Shown here piece after piece: positions 59,345-64,000 of a DNA stretch of 64,000 nucleotides. Under the pieces are notes generated by a model. The model saw only the letters and a list, made by a program, of their open reading frames with translations, was not told the DNA's origin and made no database searches. Location: assembly GCA_965153285.1 (NCBI GenBank), contig OZ229115.1; one strand, 5' to 3'. Both the position numbers and the translations under genes were made by a program. Numbering within the stretch: the stretch's first letter is position 1; each line of letters opens with the position of its first letter. Source of the DNA: Podarcis tiliguerta (Eukaryota).

Positions 59345-59785
59345 ACTAATAATTTATTATTTATACCCCGCCCATCTAGCTGGGCCTCCCCAGCCACTCT
59401 GGGTAGCCCCCAACAAAATATCAAAACACAGTAATGCATCAAACATTAAAAGCTTTCCTAAGCAGGGCTGCCTTCAGATGTCTTCTAAAAGTCTGGTAGT
59501 TGTTCTCTTTGACACCTGGTGGGAGGGCGTTCCACAGGGCGGGTGCCACTACCGAGAAGGCCCTCTGCCTGGTTCCCTGTAACTTGGCTTCTCGCAGGGA
59601 GGGAACCACCAGAAGGCCCTCGGAGCTGGACCTCAGGGTCTGGGCAGAACGATGGGCGTGGAGACACTCCTTCAGATATACTGGACCGAGGCCTTTAAGG
59701 GCTTTCAAGGTCAGCACCAACACTTTGAATTGTGCTTGGAAACGTACTGGGAGCCAATGTAGGTCTTTCAAGGCCGGTGTTATGG
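59345..59785 (-). mobile_element. L2 LINE 3' end
   Basis: ITPALKDLHWLPVRFQAQFKVLVLTLKAL...TFRRHLKAALL. Confidence 0.9.
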
Positions 59786-59982
59786 GAAACCCAGTGCTGA
59801 ATAAAGTCGGATTTAATCCAGCTGAGCTCCTCTTACATTCTCTACCCATTTCCTTGGCTACCTCCCCTCTACCCTTCTCAAAAGGAGAGTCTGGGAACCT
59901 TCTCAAGATGCAAGGAAGGGTCCCCACTCCCTCTCCACCCCACCCCACCTGCCAGCCCCAAGCACATCATGCCTTCTCGTAC

Positions 59983-60053
59983 AATGTCATCTTCCTTGTT
60001 GTAGTTGGCAATATCCTTCCGGAGCGTCCGGATGATGATCATGCTGAGAATAC
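59983..60053 (-). CDS. TM9SF4: TM9SF4 exon 9
   Basis: 71 nt, [23 protein letters not shown]; weak donor ATT|GTACGA. Confidence 0.94.
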
Positions 60054-60861
60054 CTGAAACGAATAAGACCTGGAATGAATGAATTGCGGTTTATTCCACT
60101 GAGCACCTAAGCACCTGCAAGCCAGCAGCACATGGGAGCAGAGGGCCATGAGGAGTGATGCATCAGTCGACACAGAGTCCCCCACAGTCCACATCTGCCC
60201 ACATGTTCTCAGACAGTAGCAATGGGGGGTGAGGTTGGGTTCTCACAGCAAGAATTGCACTTTTGAGTCCCCTACACCAAAGGAGGTGGAGCTGCTGCTG
60301 CTGCTGCTGCTACAAGTATTCATTTTCACATTTTCTCACGCCTTCTGCTAACGCACATGGGGCCGCAGCAAAAGCAGAGGAAGTCGCCACTTGGGCAGGA
60401 CCTTGGAGAGCATTCTTTTCCTCTTCAGAGGCATTTTAAAAGTGTCTCTTTCTTGGGCTGCCATGTTGGGCAGTGGGGCCCAAGGGGAGGAGGGGAGAAA
60501 AGCAAGGTAGCCAAGTAAAGGGAGCCAGAGGGATCTATACCTGTTCTGGGATATACTCAAGATTAAGTTATAACCCCTGTAACACCCAGGACTTTATCAT
60601 AATCACACCAGTGTTAATACCCTTACACCTCTTTTTAACCAGGTAAACAGTAACTCTGTGTCATAGTGGAATGACCTGTGTCCTATGCATGGACTGTTTG
60701 AAGTATTTCATATATTCCTCAATAATAATAATAATAATAATATTTATTTGTTTGTTTGTTTGTACCCTGCTCACCTGACTGGGTTGCCCAAGCCACTCTG
60801 GGAGGTTTCTAACATATATAAAAACATTATAAAACATTACACATTAAAAAGCTTCCCTATA

Positions 60862-61098
60862 CAGTCCTACCTCGGGTTACAGCCGCTTCAGGTTGCGTTT
60901 TTTCAGGTTGCGGACTGCCGAAACCCAGAAGTACTGGAACGGGTTACTTCCGGGTTTTGGTAGTCGCGCATGCGCAGAAGCGCTAAATCGCGCTTTGCGC
61001 AGAAGCGCCGAATCGCAACCCGCGAGTGCACAGACGCGGGCTGCGAACTGCAAACACGCATCCCACATGGATCACGTTTGCAACCCAAGCGTCCACTG
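60862..61098. mobile_element. Tc1/mariner MITE inserted at a TA inside an L2 tail (60720-61130)
   Basis: TA-CAGT...ACTG-TA; the flanks rejoin to L2 aaaagcttcccta-cagggttg...tgtcttctaaa. Confidence 0.75.
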
Positions 61099-62025
61099 TA
61101 CAGGGTTGTGTTCATATGTCTTCTAAAGGTTATATTCCATTCCACTCTATTCTAAGCAGATAAAGTTTTTTATTGAACCTATTCTTATTTTTTTAAAAAA
61201 AATAATAATCACTACATCCCTCGTTTCTTGCAATGCTCTTGTTGTGCACCAGGGGGCGCTCCTTCCTTCCAAAACGGGTCAAAAGGAAGACTTGTGCCTT
61301 GGCCTGCCCTCATGAAGCAACACAGTTTCCATCCAGTGCGCAGGGCCTGTGAGTTGCCCAAAGACACAGGCATGCTGAGGAAGTGGCACATACAGGGTGC
61401 AGCATGGACTGTGGCCCGTACCCTACACTGCTTGGCCACAACTGAAGGGAAAGCAATGCACAAACCAGCCCTGCTGCAGCTCAACCCCATCTGCAGGCAG
61501 CAAAACTGAGACACAGGCACCAGGCACTGAGCAAAGACAAGCAGCTAAGGACACTGACGGACACACAAGTTGCTGGTGAAGAAAACCGCAGTGACCAGAC
61601 CGGGTGCCAGAAGCAGTCAGTACATATTTACAATCAGCTTCCAATCCTCCTTGCAATACCCTCACAGTGTTTCAGAGCCTACCTATGAAGCAGAATGAGG
61701 AGGCAGAGCGGAACGTGCCATTCTAGGCCTGAGACTGTGTTTCCACACCAAGGACTCCTTGCAACCACAACAGGGTGAAAAAAAAGGTGGGCTAGAAACC
61801 GCAGCCCTTATGTGTTGGGTTTTCTACAGGCACAGGGTTTCTCTTTTGTTTTATTATGAGGCAGTCTTTCCAAAGTGCTTCTGCATGGGTAGTAGACCCA
61901 GCCAGGATCATCGGGCCACGTGGTGAGGGTAGGATGTGAACCCAAGCCCACTGGACTATTTCTGATTTGTTACTCTTTCGCTCAGCATATACATAAATGA
62001 TAGCCCAGCTGAGTCTACACGACTT

Positions 62026-62389
62026 AGGTAAAGGTAAAGGGACCCCTGACCATTAGGTCCAGTCGCGGGCAACTCTGGGGTTGCGGCGCTCATCTCGCTT
62101 TACTGGCCGAGGGAGCTAGCGCTTGTCCGCAGACAGCTTCCGGGTCATGTGGCCAGCATGACTAAGTCGCTTCTGGCAAAACAGAGCAGCGCAAGGAAAC
62201 GCCGTTTACCTTCCTGCCGGAGCGGTACCTATTTATCTACTTGCACTTTGATGTGCTTTCAAACTGCTAAGTTGGCAGGAGCTGGAACTGAGCAACGGGA
62301 GCTCACCCCGTTGCGGGGATTCAAACCACCGACCTTCTGATCGGCAAGCCCTAGGCTCTGTGGTTTAGGCCACAGCGCCACCAGTGTCC
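62026..62389 (-). mobile_element. Sauria SINE
   Basis: Reverse complement of 6880-7230; (AAAGGT)n tail; no clear TSD. Confidence 0.9.
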
Positions 62390-62462
62390 AGTCTCTTTTC
62401 CTACCGTATAGTGGCAAGACCACCCCTCTCCACCCAACAAAAACCCCTGGCTTCTCTCTTAC

Positions 62463-62574
62463 CCGAAAGGAAGAACACGACCACGACCGAGTTAATGATG
62501 GAGAACCAATGGATCTGCACGTCACTCATTGTGAGGTAAGTGTCCCAGCGAGAAGCCCATTTGATGTCGCTTTC
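62463..62574 (-). CDS. TM9SF4: TM9SF4 exon 8
   Basis: 112 nt, [37 protein letters not shown]. Confidence 0.97.
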
Positions 62575-63667
62575 CTACAGGAGAAGTTTAGCTAGTTAGT
62601 AGGTTAATTGAGTTGGTCCACTATTATTCCCACGCGGGAGATGGAAAGTTGAGGCAAAGGGGTAAGTGGGGCATTTGCTTTTCTGCAAATCAGTGCTTTA
62701 TGAATAAAGAAATAACCCACAGGAGTTGTATTCAACTAGGTTCCACTCAGAAATTAATGGCCCCAAGCTAGCCATGCCCATGGATTTCAGTGGGTCTACT
62801 CAGAGCATGACTGGCACTGGATGTAAACACAAACAGACCCCGCTGCCCAAGAAGAAAGCAAGACAATAATCCTAAAGATCAAGAGAAGATCAGCTCGGCT
62901 CCATCTGTTGACCGGGGAAGGAGCAATTGCAGGGAGCTGGCATTTCCTCTGCTCACCTCCCTGTTAGCATGTACATTCAGCTCCAACCAACAAGATTCCC
63001 TGGGACTGCAAACTCTGGGCCCATGCATCAGCCAGAGGTCTAAAGGCTGCTAAGTTCATGCTACAATTCACTTGACAGAAAGAGGGATTTAAATCTTGTA
63101 CATAAATAAACAAACGACACGAAAAGGCAAATCACCCCAAATTCCGAAGCAGCAGACTAGGGGACAAAAAGGCACACCAGCCAGAAACGCCCTAACTGGT
63201 TCCCCAAAGGCTGAAATGGAGCAGGGCTTTTCGCAAGATGGGTGCCACCCCCTAAAAAGCTCTGCTTCTTCAACATGGCGCCCTCCTGATGCCTTGGACT
63301 GCAGCTTCCATCAGCGCATGCTGGCTGGGACCGATGGGAGTTGTAGTCCTAACCTGGGGGAGGGTGTTTTTGTGACTCCATGATTTTTCTTCGAAGGTGG
63401 CACCTGAAGCAAGCTTTCTCCTGTTGAGTCTTAACCTGTGATGGAGAACCTACTTGTTTTTAAAATAAATGTACTGGAGATGAAAGGAGTTCCCTTAAAG
63501 ACAGCTGAGGCTCTCCAAACCCATGTTCCAGCACCGGATCCCACTCTTCTTTTAATTAGGGTTTCCCAGCCCTCGGACACCTTCTCCCCACAGTGACCAT
63601 TTCCCCAACACCAATTCCACCTCCTCCCCTCTTTCTCCCCTCCCCAAATAAAAAAGCCGGCCCTCAC

Positions 63668-63786
63668 CTCCCAATGCACAGAGTAGGTGAAAAGCAGCTT
63701 GTTCTCCTTCGTGGGGTCGATCTCTTGAGGAGCGGAGTTGGCAGCTTCAGGCAGGACACAGGCACCCTTTTCGTCAGCTTTCAGAT
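63668..63786 (-). CDS. TM9SF4: TM9SF4 exon 7; gene continues beyond the right edge
   Basis: 119 nt, [39 protein letters not shown]. Confidence 0.93.
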
Positions 63787-64000
63787 CTAGGGGGCAAAAA
63801 ACCCCTCACGCGTCAGAAGAAGAAGCTTGACTCCAGAGACCCAGGCCCTATACAAGCTTGGAGTCCCCTCACCCCCAACTAGCCTCGTGTGTCAATCCTC
63901 TGGCTGTGCTGCCCCGCATGTTCCTCCAGTTGCACAAATGCATACACAGCTGCCCTTATAGTAAGACCATTGGTCCATCTTGCTCAGTATTGTCTACACT

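Overview
Vertebrate genomic DNA, most likely a squamate reptile (probably a lacertid lizard, inferred from Sauria SINE, Squam3-like SINE, BovB with (CAA)n tail, CR1, L2 and Rex1/Babar repeats). It carries the syntenic block known from human 20q11.21: the 5' part of KIF3B (minus; non-coding exon 1 plus two coding exons), complete POFUT1 (minus; 7 exons, 392 aa, C-terminal RDEL), complete PLAGL2 (plus; 484 aa), which shares a CpG-island bidirectional promoter with POFUT1, and the last 12 coding exons of TM9SF4 (minus), convergent with PLAGL2. All exon boundaries were read by eye (GT-AG, phases consistent); exon numbers follow the human genes from memory. Best candidates for a second look: a minimal type I hammerhead ribozyme with a palindromic stem III (Penelope-like) in POFUT1 intron 3; a BovB insertion whose 12-bp target-site duplication copied the splice donor of a TM9SF4 exon; seven let-7 seed matches within 1.5 kb of the PLAGL2 3'UTR plus one in the CDS; a cluster of RFX X-boxes at the KIF3B promoter; and uORFs abutting the KIF3B and PLAGL2 start codons. 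No database search was run.
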